DNA from: Sphingosinicella sp.
Lineage (GTDB): Bacteria; Pseudomonadota; Alphaproteobacteria; Sphingomonadales; Sphingomonadaceae
Assembly: GCA_013816585.1 (NCBI GenBank)
Contig: JACDEE010000004.1
Span: 3,017 to 67,016 of the forward strand
Direction: 5' to 3'
Length of the DNA stretch: 64,000 bases
The notes under the pieces are model-generated. The model was not told the DNA's origin. It made no database searches and saw only the letters and a list, made by a program, of their open reading frames with translations. This document shows, piece after piece, positions 21,428 through 29,206 of the stretch. Each line of letters starts with the position of its first letter. Position 1 is the stretch's first letter. Both the position numbers and the translations under genes were made by a program.

Positions 21428-21663
21428 TGCCCGGGCAAGATTTCACGGGACCCGTCAAGCGATCGATGATGATCGCGGGCCATGCGACGTCGATCAGCCT
21501 AGAGCCGATTTTCTGGGACGCGCTCAGGGAAGCGGCCGAGGCTGAAAATCTTCCCCTGAACGCGCTGGTCGCGCGGATTGACGCCGAACGAATCCAGGCG
21601 CCGCGGCCGGCCAATCTGGGCAGTGCCATCCGCGTCTGGCTGTACCATCGCCGCCCGAATTAA
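21427..21663 (+). CDS. ribbon-helix-helix (RHH_4-like) domain protein
   Basis: 78-aa ORF. Its ATG at 21427 shares one base with the phbB TGA. The sequence ISLEPIFWDALREAA..LNALVARID is typical of the small alphaproteobacterial RHH family. Confidence 0.6.
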   Translation: MPGQDFTGPVKRSMMIAGHATSISLEPIFWDALREAAEAENLPLNALVARIDAERIQAPRPANLGSAIRVWLYHRRPN

Positions 21664-24600
21664 CGCGCCAGCAGCATCCGGGCCTGGGTCGCGATCTGAG
21701 CCAGCATCGGCGCCGTCGTGACCGGAGAGATGCGCGCGCGATCCACGATCCGCCGGAACTGGTCGATGCGCGCCGCTTGCTTGGCCGCCCATTGATCGAC
21801 CGCGGCCTGGGGATTGTCGCCCTTGCGCCGTTCCAGGAAATCGAGCCGCAATTGTTCGAACTCGCGCGCGAGCCCTGCCGTCAGCAGGCGTTCCCATTGG
21901 TCGGTCGCCTGGAAGCGGTTGGCCGCGGTCTGGGCCCAATCGAGGCCCAGCACTTCGCCCAATTTGGTATAGGCCTCGGTCAGCGCCAACTCGTCTATGC
22001 CCATCTTCTGGCCCAGAACGGCGATGCCGATGCCGCCGTTCAGTTCGTACAGGCGGACGATACGGTCGGCGACCGAATCCGGGGCTCCAAGCGTCTTCAG
22101 CCGTGCGCGCATCGATCCGGCCTGGCTGAGGGCTTCTTCGCGAAGCAGCCGGTTCACCGCTTCGTTGAGTTTCTCAAGGCCCGGCCGGATCGTGTCGACG
22201 ATCTGTTCCAGCTTCGCCGTGGCCGGCGTGCTGCGCAATATATCGGCGATATGCAATTGCAGCGCGCGCGACGCCTGGTCGAACAATTCCAATCTTATGT
22301 CTTCGGCAAGCACGGCGGTGTCGAGTTCGCGCCACAATTCGTCCATCCCGAACAGGCGCTCGGCCGCGACGAACGCTGCCGCGGCCTGACCGAAGGAAGC
22401 GCCTTCTTCTTCCGTCAGCGAGAACGGGGCAGTGATTCCGAGCCGGTTGACGAAGCGGTTGGCGATCTTTGTGGCGATGATTTCGCGCCGCAACTGGTGC
22501 GTGAGGATCGCCTCGCCGTGCCGTTGCTGCATCACCTTGGGAAAGGCGCCGCACAATTCGGGCGTCAGCGTCGCATCCTCGGTCAGCTTCCCGGCCTCGA
22601 TCGCGGCCTGCAGCGCCATTTTCGAAGTGGACAGCAGGACCGCGAGCTCAGGCCGGGTCAGGCCGCGATTTTCCTGTGCGCGGCGCAGCAATATCTCATT
22701 GCTTTCCAGCCCCTCGACCGCGCGGTTCAGGCGCCCGCCTTCTTCGAGGATCTCGATCGCGCGGACCAAAGACGGCAAGGCCGCGGCGCCGCCGCGCTCG
22801 GCGATCGACAAAGCCAGCGTCTGGAGGCGATTATCTTCCAGCACAATTTCGGCGACATCGTCGGTCATCTCGACCAGCAAGTTATTGCGGTCTTCGAAGG
22901 AAAGCCGCCCTTCCAGCATCTCGCGGTTGAGCGAGATCTTGATGTTGACCTCGTTGTCCGAACAATCGACGCCGGCCGAATTGTCGATGAAGTCGGTATT
23001 CACGCGGCCGCCGGCCTGCGCGAATTCGATGCGCCCGGCCTGGGTCAGGCCCAGATTGGCGCCCTCGCCGATCGCCTTCGCCCGTATGTCGGCCCCGTTG
23101 ATTCGGATCGCATCATTGGCGGGGTCGCCGACCTCGGAATTGCTCTCGCTCTTGGCCTTTATGTAGGTGCCGATGCCGCCGAACCAGATAAGGTCGGCGG
23201 GCGCCTTCAGGATCGCGGTGATCAGCCCGGCGGGATCGATCTCTTTTACCGTCAAACCCAGGGCCTGCTTGGTCTCGGGCGAGAGCGGGATCGATTTCTG
23301 GCTGCGCGGAAATACTCCGCCGCCCTTGGAAATCAGCGCCTTGTCATAATCGTCCCAACTGGACCGCGGCAGGTTGAACAAGCGGTTGCGCTCGTCCCAG
23401 CTCTTCGCCGCGTCGGGATCGGGGTCGAGAAAGATATGGCGATGGTCGAATGCGGCCAGCAGCCTGATCGTCTTTGACAGCAGCATCCCGTTGCCGAAAA
23501 CGTCTCCGGACATGTCGCCGCATCCGACGACGCTGACCGGCTGGGTCTGCACGTCCACGCCCATTTCGGCGAAATGGCGCTGCACCGAAACCCAGGCGCC
23601 GCGCGCCGTAATTCCCATCGCCTTGTGATCATAGCCCTGGCTTCCGCCGCTGGCGAAGGCATCGCCCAGCCAGAATTTGCGAGATGTGGCGATTTCGTTC
23701 GCAACGTCGGAGAAGGACGCGGTGCCCTTGTCCGCGGCGACCACGAAATAGGGATCGTCGCCATCGCGGACGGTAACGTCTTCGGGATGAACGATCTTGC
23801 CGTCGACGAGATTGTCCGTGACCGACAGCAAGGTCCGGATGAACGCCCGATAGCATTCGGTGCCTTCGGCCAGCCAGGCATCCCGATCGGCGATCGGGGG
23901 GAGCTGTTTGGGATAGAAGCCGCCCTTCGCTCCGGTCGGCACGATCACCGCATTCTTGACGATCTGCGCCTTCAGGAGGCCCAAAATCTCGGTCCGGAAA
24001 TCGTCGCGCCGGTCGGACCAGCGCAGGCCCCCGCGCGCCACCGGGCCGGCGCGCAGATGGATGCCTTCGACGCGGGGCGAATAGACCCAGATTTCGCGCC
24101 ATGGCACCGGAGCCGGAAGTCCGGGAACGAGGCTGGAATCGAGCTTGAAGGCCAGGGCTTCACGTCCCGATGCGGCAAAGGCGTTGGTCCGCAGGATGGC
24201 GGCGATGACGCCCCCAAGCAGCCGCAATATGCGATCCTCGTCGATCGCCGCGACATTGGCGAGACCCTGAGTAATCGCCTTTTGCGCCGCTTCGATTGCC
24301 CCCGTCCGCGATCCCTGAATCGACGGATCATGCTGCGCATCGAACAAGGCGATCAGGCCGCGGGTGACGTCCGGCGCGCGGCGCAGTGCATCGACCACGG
24401 TGACCATCGAATAGGAAAGACCGGTCTGGCGCAAATAGCGGAACCAGGCGCGAAACAGCACGACATCGCGGGAATTGAGGCCGGCGGCGACCAGCAATTG
24501 GTTGAATACATCGTTTTCGGCGCCGCCTTCCAGCACGGCGGAAATCGTCTTTTCCACCAATTTGGCCCGCTGCATCACGCCCGCGGCGTCGCCGTCGCGC

Positions 24601-26363
24601 ACTTCCAGCGAGAAATCGTGAATATATCCAAGCCGCCCTTCGTCCAGCGGCGTCGGCTGCTCCTCCAGCACCCGAAACCCGAAATTCTCGAATACAGGGA
24701 CCGCTTCGGACAGCGGGATCACTCCGGCGAGGCGATAGGTTTTGAGGTGCAATTGCGCCGGACCGTCGGACGCCTTGCGGTAAAGGCGTGCATCCCGCGC
24801 ATTCGCGCCCTTCATCTCGGAAATGCGAAGCACGTCCTGCGCCGCCTCTTCGGCGCTCGTATGCGTCCGATAACTTTCCGGGAAATCGTCCATGAAGCCG
24901 ATCGCAAGGCGGGTCGCGCGCGATACGCCCACCATTTCGCCGAGCGCCTCTTCGACGCTCGGCTCCCAGCCGCGGACCATGTCGACCAGTCGGGCATCGA
25001 GCCCCGCCGCGTCCGACATGGGCGCGTCGTCCTTCACGTCCAGCATGTAGCGGATCAAGGCGAGATCGCCCTCGCCCAGTTCGACCGACCAATTGGATAT
25101 GGTCCCTTGCGCCGCTCCCTCGATCATCTCGCCGATGGCGACGCGGCGCTGCGTATTGAGCTCGTCGCGCGGCAACCAGACGAAGGCGAAAATGTGCCGC
25201 TTCAAAACGCTCGGCAGCAACATCAAGGTCGGGCGCGGACGGTCGGCCAGCGACATCGCGGTCATGGCCAGCGTCTTGACCGCGTCGGAACCCAGGCCAA
25301 TCAGCAGATCGTGCGGCAAAGTCGCGACCGCATGGCGCAGAGCCTTGCCGGCATGTCCCTTGGGATCGAAATTGAATTCCTCTTCCAGCCCTGCGAGCCG
25401 CCGCCGCAGCAGGGGCACGTCTTCCGCCGGTGCCTTCAGCGCCTGGCTGGTCCAGAGGCCCGCATGAACCGAAAGGCCGGTGACTTCCTTGCCCTCGGTC
25501 ACGGGCACGATCACCAGGTCGAACGGCACGCGGCGGTGAACCGTCGAAAGCCGGTCGGCCTTCACGATCAAGGGCGCGGGATTGCCCTGCATGAAATATT
25601 CGGTGGCGCCCCCACAGGCATTTTCGGTCCAGAGCGCGGCGCCCGGCAGCTTCAGGAAGCCCAGCGCCTGCTCGCTTGCGGACGAACATTGAACCTGGTG
25701 CCCGAGCAGGGTCATCGCGCCGTCGGCGAACCAGCGAAGCAAAGCGGCTCCCTCTGCTTCGCCAAGCGCTTGCGCATCGGTGCGCATGCGTTGCTGCAGC
25801 GCCTGCCAGTCCTGCACCGACGCCCGGACATCGCCCAGCACCTGATAAAGCTCGGCTTCCAACTCGCGCCGCTCGCGAGCATCGGCGCGGTCGAGCTCCA
25901 TATACATGATCGATTCCCGCGCGGGGAGCTCGGCGCAGCGGACCTCCAGGCGCCTCAATATACCGTCGGCGTCGCGCTCCGCGCAGACGACCGGGTGGAG
26001 CAGGCGGTGGATGATAAGGTCCTTGGCGGCGATGGCCGCCGCCACCGAATCCACCAGGAACGGCATGTCGTCATTGACGATGCACAGCCGCATCCGACGC
26101 TGACCGACCGCGCCGCCCGAGGATTCAAGACGGATGAGCGCCGCGCCGGGCCGGCGTTTCCGGGCCGCGAGCGCTATGAACGCCGCCGCATTGTCCCTGT
26201 CCTCGTCGGAAAAGCCGGCTATTTCGCCCGGCAGCGCGCTGTTCAGCAACGCTTCGCTGATACCGGCAACCAATTTTCGGTCGGCCGGCTGGTCTGCCGC
26301 CTTGTCACCGGCGTCGCTTCCCGGGGAAGCGCCTTTGGATCCAGCAACATTGTCCGCAGTCAT
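21660..26363 (-). CDS. NAD-specific glutamate dehydrogenase, large (~180 kDa) type
   Basis: 1567-aa ORF with the size and conserved catalytic core of large bacterial NAD-GDH (e.g. PTGAKGGF, VVAADKGTA, GGSQGYDHKAMGITARG). Confidence 0.95.
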   Translation of the reverse strand: MTADNVAGSKGASPGSDAGDKAADQPADRKLVAGISEALLNSALPGEIAGFSDEDRDNAAAFIALAARKRRPGAALIRLESSGGAVGQRRMRLCIVNDDMPFLVDSVAAAIAAKDLIIHRLLHPVVCAERDADGILRRLEVRCAELPARESIMYMELDRADARERRELEAELYQVLGDVRASVQDWQALQQRMRTDAQALGEAEGAALLRWFADGAMTLLGHQVQCSSASEQALGFLKLPGAALWTENACGGATEYFMQGNPAPLIVKADRLSTVHRRVPFDLVIVPVTEGKEVTGLSVHAGLWTSQALKAPAEDVPLLRRRLAGLEEEFNFDPKGHAGKALRHAVATLPHDLLIGLGSDAVKTLAMTAMSLADRPRPTLMLLPSVLKRHIFAFVWLPRDELNTQRRVAIGEMIEGAAQGTISNWSVELGEGDLALIRYMLDVKDDAPMSDAAGLDARLVDMVRGWEPSVEEALGEMVGVSRATRLAIGFMDDFPESYRTHTSAEEAAQDVLRISEMKGANARDARLYRKASDGPAQLHLKTYRLAGVIPLSEAVPVFENFGFRVLEEQPTPLDEGRLGYIHDFSLEVRDGDAAGVMQRAKLVEKTISAVLEGGAENDVFNQLLVAAGLNSRDVVLFRAWFRYLRQTGLSYSMVTVVDALRRAPDVTRGLIALFDAQHDPSIQGSRTGAIEAAQKAITQGLANVAAIDEDRILRLLGGVIAAILRTNAFAASGREALAFKLDSSLVPGLPAPVPWREIWVYSPRVEGIHLRAGPVARGGLRWSDRRDDFRTEILGLLKAQIVKNAVIVPTGAKGGFYPKQLPPIADRDAWLAEGTECYRAFIRTLLSVTDNLVDGKIVHPEDVTVRDGDDPYFVVAADKGTASFSDVANEIATSRKFWLGDAFASGGSQGYDHKAMGITARGAWVSVQRHFAEMGVDVQTQPVSVVGCGDMSGDVFGNGMLLSKTIRLLAAFDHRHIFLDPDPDAAKSWDERNRLFNLPRSSWDDYDKALISKGGGVFPRSQKSIPLSPETKQALGLTVKEIDPAGLITAILKAPADLIWFGGIGTYIKAKSESNSEVGDPANDAIRINGADIRAKAIGEGANLGLTQAGRIEFAQAGGRVNTDFIDNSAGVDCSDNEVNIKISLNREMLEGRLSFEDRNNLLVEMTDDVAEIVLEDNRLQTLALSIAERGGAAALPSLVRAIEILEEGGRLNRAVEGLESNEILLRRAQENRGLTRPELAVLLSTSKMALQAAIEAGKLTEDATLTPELCGAFPKVMQQRHGEAILTHQLRREIIATKIANRFVNRLGITAPFSLTEEEGASFGQAAAAFVAAERLFGMDELWRELDTAVLAEDIRLELFDQASRALQLHIADILRSTPATAKLEQIVDTIRPGLEKLNEAVNRLLREEALSQAGSMRARLKTLGAPDSVADRIVRLYELNGGIGIAVLGQKMGIDELALTEAYTKLGEVLGLDWAQTAANRFQATDQWERLLTAGLAREFEQLRLDFLERRKGDNPQAAVDQWAAKQAARIDQFRRIVDRARISPVTTAPMLAQIATQARMLLAR

Positions 26364-26447
26364 AAGGTTCGGCTCCTGACGCTCGCACGGCTGTCCGGCC
26401 GTCGGCTTCGCGCGGGGCTATAGCCATCGCAAGGGCCAAGCGGCAAG

Positions 26448-26486
26448 GCGCAAGGCCTGCCGGCCGCCGAAATAGTGGCCTTGCGC
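26448..26486 (-). terminator. 10-bp perfect inverted repeat downstream of the 26499-27152 gene (possible terminator)
   Basis: GCGCAAGGCC (26448-26457) and GGCCTTGCGC (26477-26486) are separated by 19 nt. No clear U-tract follows. Confidence 0.3.
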
Positions 26487-26498
26487 GAAGGGCCCGCG

Positions 26499-27152
26499 TC
26501 AGGCGCTGAGCGGAAGCTCGCGATGCGCGGCTTGGTGAACCGACGCCGCTATTGCGGCGCTCCAGCCCGCATGGGGGCCCTGCCGGAAGCCGGCGAGAGC
26601 CTGGCCGACCTCGAATGCGATTGCGGCGGTCTCTTCGCTGTCCGCGAATTCGCGCCAGGTGAGCATGCCGGCGATGAAATCGATCCGGTCCGACCGGTCG
26701 GATCGGTCCGACAATGGCAAAAGGATCGCGCGGTAAAGTATCCGTTCGCCCGTCGGCCCCATTTGCTCGCCCTCGAATGCCAGCGGCTCGCCAGTGGCGA
26801 GAATTGCGGGATAATGGCCGGTCAGTCGAGACAGCAAGCTGTCGGCCGGGACGTCGCGAACCGCGTGGATTTCCGCCTCGCCGCAGGGTTCGCGGAGTGC
26901 CTGGCCGATCCTGGCCATGACCGGATTGTGGTTGCCGCCGCGAAGGTCGAGCAGCAGGCTGTGCGGCCCGTTCAAACTGGCAGGGTCCATGTCCTGGATC
27001 GAAGGGAGTCTGCGCCCCCGAAGCGCTGACACCCAGCGGCGATAGGCACGAATCTGGACGCGGCGGTCGTCGAGGCGGGATGTGGAAGGAAGGTCGATGT
27101 CGCCTGGGCCGCCAGGATCCCCGCCTTCACTTGCCGTACCGAGACTGTCCAT
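26499..27152 (-). CDS. hypothetical protein, PAS_5/DUF1457-like
   Basis: 217 aa. The central and C-terminal parts (YRAILLPLS..., IDFIAGMLTW) resemble the alphaproteobacterial PAS_5 family. This is from recollection only. Confidence 0.5.
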   Translation of the reverse strand: MDSLGTASEGGDPGGPGDIDLPSTSRLDDRRVQIRAYRRWVSALRGRRLPSIQDMDPASLNGPHSLLLDLRGGNHNPVMARIGQALREPCGEAEIHAVRDVPADSLLSRLTGHYPAILATGEPLAFEGEQMGPTGERILYRAILLPLSDRSDRSDRIDFIAGMLTWREFADSEETAAIAFEVGQALAGFRQGPHAGWSAAIAASVHQAAHRELPLSA

Positions 27153-27292
27153 CCGCCGATTCCTTATCCGTGCCCCAAGGAATCGCCCAATGTGGTTGAG
27201 AAAGGCTTAAAATCGTTGCGGCCCTGCAACGGCCAGCGCGCTTGTCTTTGACCGGACCCGCTGATAATGCGCGCCGTCCTCACCGTAGGTAC

Positions 27293-27368
27293 GCCGCTTT
27301 AGCTCAGCTGGTAGAGCACATCATTCGTAATGATGGGGTCAGGTGTTCGAGTCACCTAAGCGGCACCA
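27293..27368 (+). tRNA. tRNA-Thr (anticodon CGT)
   Basis: Cloverleaf read by eye. Acceptor GCCGCTT/AAGCGGC, D-arm AGCTCAGCTGGTAGAGC, anticodon loop TTCGTAA, T-arm GGTGTTCGAGTCACC, and an encoded CCA. Confidence 0.9.
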
Positions 27369-27464
27369 CCGTCCAAGTCATACGCGCAGGCGATGGCCAT
27401 CGCGTGATCGGCCGATGAAACCATTGCCCTTATGCGGGCGGAAGTGGCTTCGTGCGGAAGGTAA

Positions 27465-27488
27465 AGGGGTGCCGGGATCCCAGCACCC
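27465..27488 (-). terminator. hairpin terminator downstream of the repeat-protein gene
   Basis: GGGGTGC-N10-GCACCCC, a perfect 7-bp GC-rich stem. On the minus strand it is followed by TTTACCTT and lies 16 nt after the stop codon. Confidence 0.5.
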
Positions 27489-27503
27489 CTCGAAATTCAA
27501 ATC

Positions 27504-27857
27504 TTAATCGATTGCGTTCCGGGCGCGGTCGAGCGGACCACGGTTTGGATCGTCACGGCCGTCAAGCGCGTTGGCGGCGCGATCGACCGGACCCTTGTTG
27601 GGGTCGTCGGTGCCGTCGATTGCATTCTGCGCGCGGTCGAGTGGGCCCCTGTTGGGATCATCTGTGCCGTCGATAGCGTTCTGTGCCCGATCTACTGGAC
27701 CCTTGTTGGGGTCATCTGTGCCGTCGATCGCATTAGCGAGCCGGTCGAGCGGGCCGCGATTGGGATCATCATGGCCGTCAAGCGCATTGGCTACTTTATC
27801 GGCCAAGGTATCGTTCGGCTTTTGCGAAGCCTCGTTTTGCGTGTCGCGATCGCTCAT
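27504..27857 (-). CDS. acidic tandem-repeat protein (5.3 copies of an 18-aa N-A-[IL]-D-G-x-D-D-P-N-[KR]-G-P-[LV]-D-R-A unit), function unknown
   Basis: ATG at 27857 with GGAGAG 6 nt upstream. The repeat copies differ only at synonymous third positions in this frame, which supports translation. Confidence 0.75.
   Translation of the reverse strand: MSDRDTQNEASQKPNDTLADKVANALDGHDDPNRGPLDRLANAIDGTDDPNKGPVDRAQNAIDGTDDPNRGPLDRAQNAIDGTDDPNKGPVDRAANALDGRDDPNRGPLDRARNAID
27507..27791 (-). repeat. in-frame 54-nt tandem repeat (108-nt alternating super-repeat) inside the CDS
   Basis: Direct reading. The units alternate between NRGPLDR and NKGPVDR variants, giving 5 full units plus a 5-codon partial unit. 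Confidence 0.9.
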
Positions 27858-27898
27858 GATATTCTCTCCTGACTGGCCCAGGTGCGGGCGCATCTTCT

Positions 27899-27923
27899 AA
27901 CAAGCGCGGACCCACGGAGTTCC
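27899..27923 (-). promoter_or_regulatory. near-consensus sigma-EcfG-like promoter (GGAAC-N16-TGTT) upstream of the repeat-protein gene
   Basis: Minus strand reads GGAACtccgtgggtccgcgctTGTT, about 40 nt upstream of the ATG. The alphaproteobacterial GSR consensus is GGAAC-N16-17-CGTT, so there is one mismatch in the -10 element. Confidence 0.35.
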
Positions 27924-28045
27924 TTAATTCCCGGGACACGATACTTGATTCCATAATTCCGGTGACACGATAATTAATCCTGGTTGTTGCGGCCTGGCTT
28001 CTGAAATTCTGGGCAGGCAATACTTAATTCTGGCTGGCTCGGTCA
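27919..28045. repeat. AT-rich iterated motif array (TTAATTCY-like, 6 copies; includes a 19-nt direct repeat at 27925 and 27954)
   Basis: TAATTCCCGGGACACGATA (27925-27943) and TAATTCCGGTGACACGATA (27954-27972) match at 17/19 with a 29-nt period. Related TTGATTCC, TAATTAATCC, GAAATTCT and TTAATTCT copies extend to 28031. Confidence 0.6.
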
Positions 28046-28184
28046 TGGCTTCTTCCAGACCGGCGTTTGCCCCAACTCAGCCTCTAATCACTCGATGAAA
28101 GTCATTGCCGCTACCGCTCGGCATACGGCCCGTTAAGTTACGGCCACCTTCCGATGCCGCCGCTGCCGTCCGGAACCGCGCCCA

Positions 28185-29129
28185 TCATCGGCTGAATATG
28201 GCCGCGACCAATGCGATCCGCTCGACCTCCCGATAGGCGGGAGAATTGAGCTCCTCGCCGAAAACGTCGGGGTCGAGCTCACGATATTGGAGCCGGCATC
28301 CATTAACCCTGGCGACCATCTCCAGCTTCGCTTTCATCGCGTCGATCCCGGCGACGATCGCGCTCCCCGAATAAAGTATGAAGCGGCCGACCTTGGAGAG
28401 CCGGGGCAGTACCGCTTCGGTCATGTCGATCGAAACCTGTGCCCCGTGGTTAGAGCCGCCGTCGCGATAGAGACGGCTGTCAGGGTCGATTATGTAGGGC
28501 GGGTTGGCGATGGCGATATCGATGACTCCAGAATAACCAGCCAGCACGTCGCCGCATCGGGCCTCCACAGTGACCCCGGCCACGCGCGCGTTGACCCGCG
28601 CATAAGTGAGTGCGACCGGATTGATGTCGGTCACCACCACCCTGGCCTCGGGAACCGATCGAGCCGCGATAATGGCCCCGACCCCGGACCCGGTGCCGAC
28701 ATCCAGAATGACCGGGGGCTGGTCCCAGGACCGACCCTTCAGGTCATCCAGTTGCGCGCGCACCAGGTCGGCGAAGCGATAACTGTCCGGCCCCAGGAAA
28801 ACGGCGTCCGGCGCGTCGGTCGGATAGGAAGAGTGGACGAACAGATCGCCATGAACCCTGGAAACCCGCACAAGCGAGCGCAGGATCCCGGCCGTTTCGA
28901 TCAGCAATTTCGCGTCACGCAGCGATTTTTCGACTTCCAGGTCGAACGTTCCTGGGGGGAAGGGCAGGCTCCAGCCCAGGGCATCGCGCAGGTCACCCGC
29001 ATATTCCCCGCGCCGCCGATCTAGATTGTTCGAGTGCGTGGCGGGAGTCACCGTCACGAAATCATAATTTCGTTGATCGAGGCACCGGAGCAGCCGTTCC
29101 AGGGCAAGGTCGCGGGCGGATTGATCCAC
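28185..29129 (-). CDS. class I SAM-dependent methyltransferase with NPPY motif (PrmC/HemK-like amino-group methyltransferase)
   Basis: 314 aa. Motif I is VILDVGTGSGVG, followed by an acidic loop (VVTDIN), and motif IV is IANPPYI. Confidence 0.8.
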   Translation of the reverse strand: MDQSARDLALERLLRCLDQRNYDFVTVTPATHSNNLDRRRGEYAGDLRDALGWSLPFPPGTFDLEVEKSLRDAKLLIETAGILRSLVRVSRVHGDLFVHSSYPTDAPDAVFLGPDSYRFADLVRAQLDDLKGRSWDQPPVILDVGTGSGVGAIIAARSVPEARVVVTDINPVALTYARVNARVAGVTVEARCGDVLAGYSGVIDIAIANPPYIIDPDSRLYRDGGSNHGAQVSIDMTEAVLPRLSKVGRFILYSGSAIVAGIDAMKAKLEMVARVNGCRLQYRELDPDVFGEELNSPAYREVERIALVAAIFSR

Positions 29130-29174
29130 TATCTTATGTCAGTCTGATTTCAGCCATTTAGCCGTTTCTAGCAC

Positions 29175-29200
29175 GGAACAAGGGTCTCGCATCCGACGTT
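29175..29200 (+). promoter_or_regulatory. sigma-EcfG-type (general stress response) promoter motif GGAAC-N17-CGTT
   Basis: GGAACaagggtctcgcatccgaCGTT is an exact match to both conserved blocks and ends 6 nt before the first ATG of the downstream ORF. Confidence 0.5.
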
Positions 29201-29206
29201 TTTCGA

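Noticed and set aside
23574-26423. 949-aa ORF antisense to the NAD-glutamate dehydrogenase gene, plus several other 100-560-aa ORFs inside 21660-26363
   Set aside because: The 1567-aa minus-strand protein is unambiguous. The opposite and alternative frames are low-complexity Arg/Gly/Asp-rich shadows.
26448-26486. 10-bp perfect inverted repeat as a rho-independent terminator or REP-like element
   Set aside because: It is listed only as a low-confidence feature. The loop is long (19 nt), there is no U-tract, and I did not notice another copy of this sequence in the window, so it is not evidently a repeated extragenic element.
27507-27791. The regular 54-nt periodic repeats might have been a CRISPR array
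   Set aside because: There are no unique spacers between repeats and no cas genes. The repeats are in-frame and contiguous, their differences are confined to synonymous codon positions, and the ORF has an RBS and a terminator. This is a coding tandem repeat.
27571-27900. Plus-strand 109-aa ORF (and 27452-27676) across the same repeats
   Set aside because: It is Ser/Leu/Pro-rich with no RBS. The nucleotide differences between repeats are synonymous only in the minus-strand frame.
28185-29129. NPPY methyltransferase as part of a restriction-modification or other defence system
   Set aside because: No endonuclease, specificity subunit, helicase or nuclease is adjacent. NPPY also characterises PrmC/HemK-type protein glutamine methyltransferases, and the domain order fits that class better.
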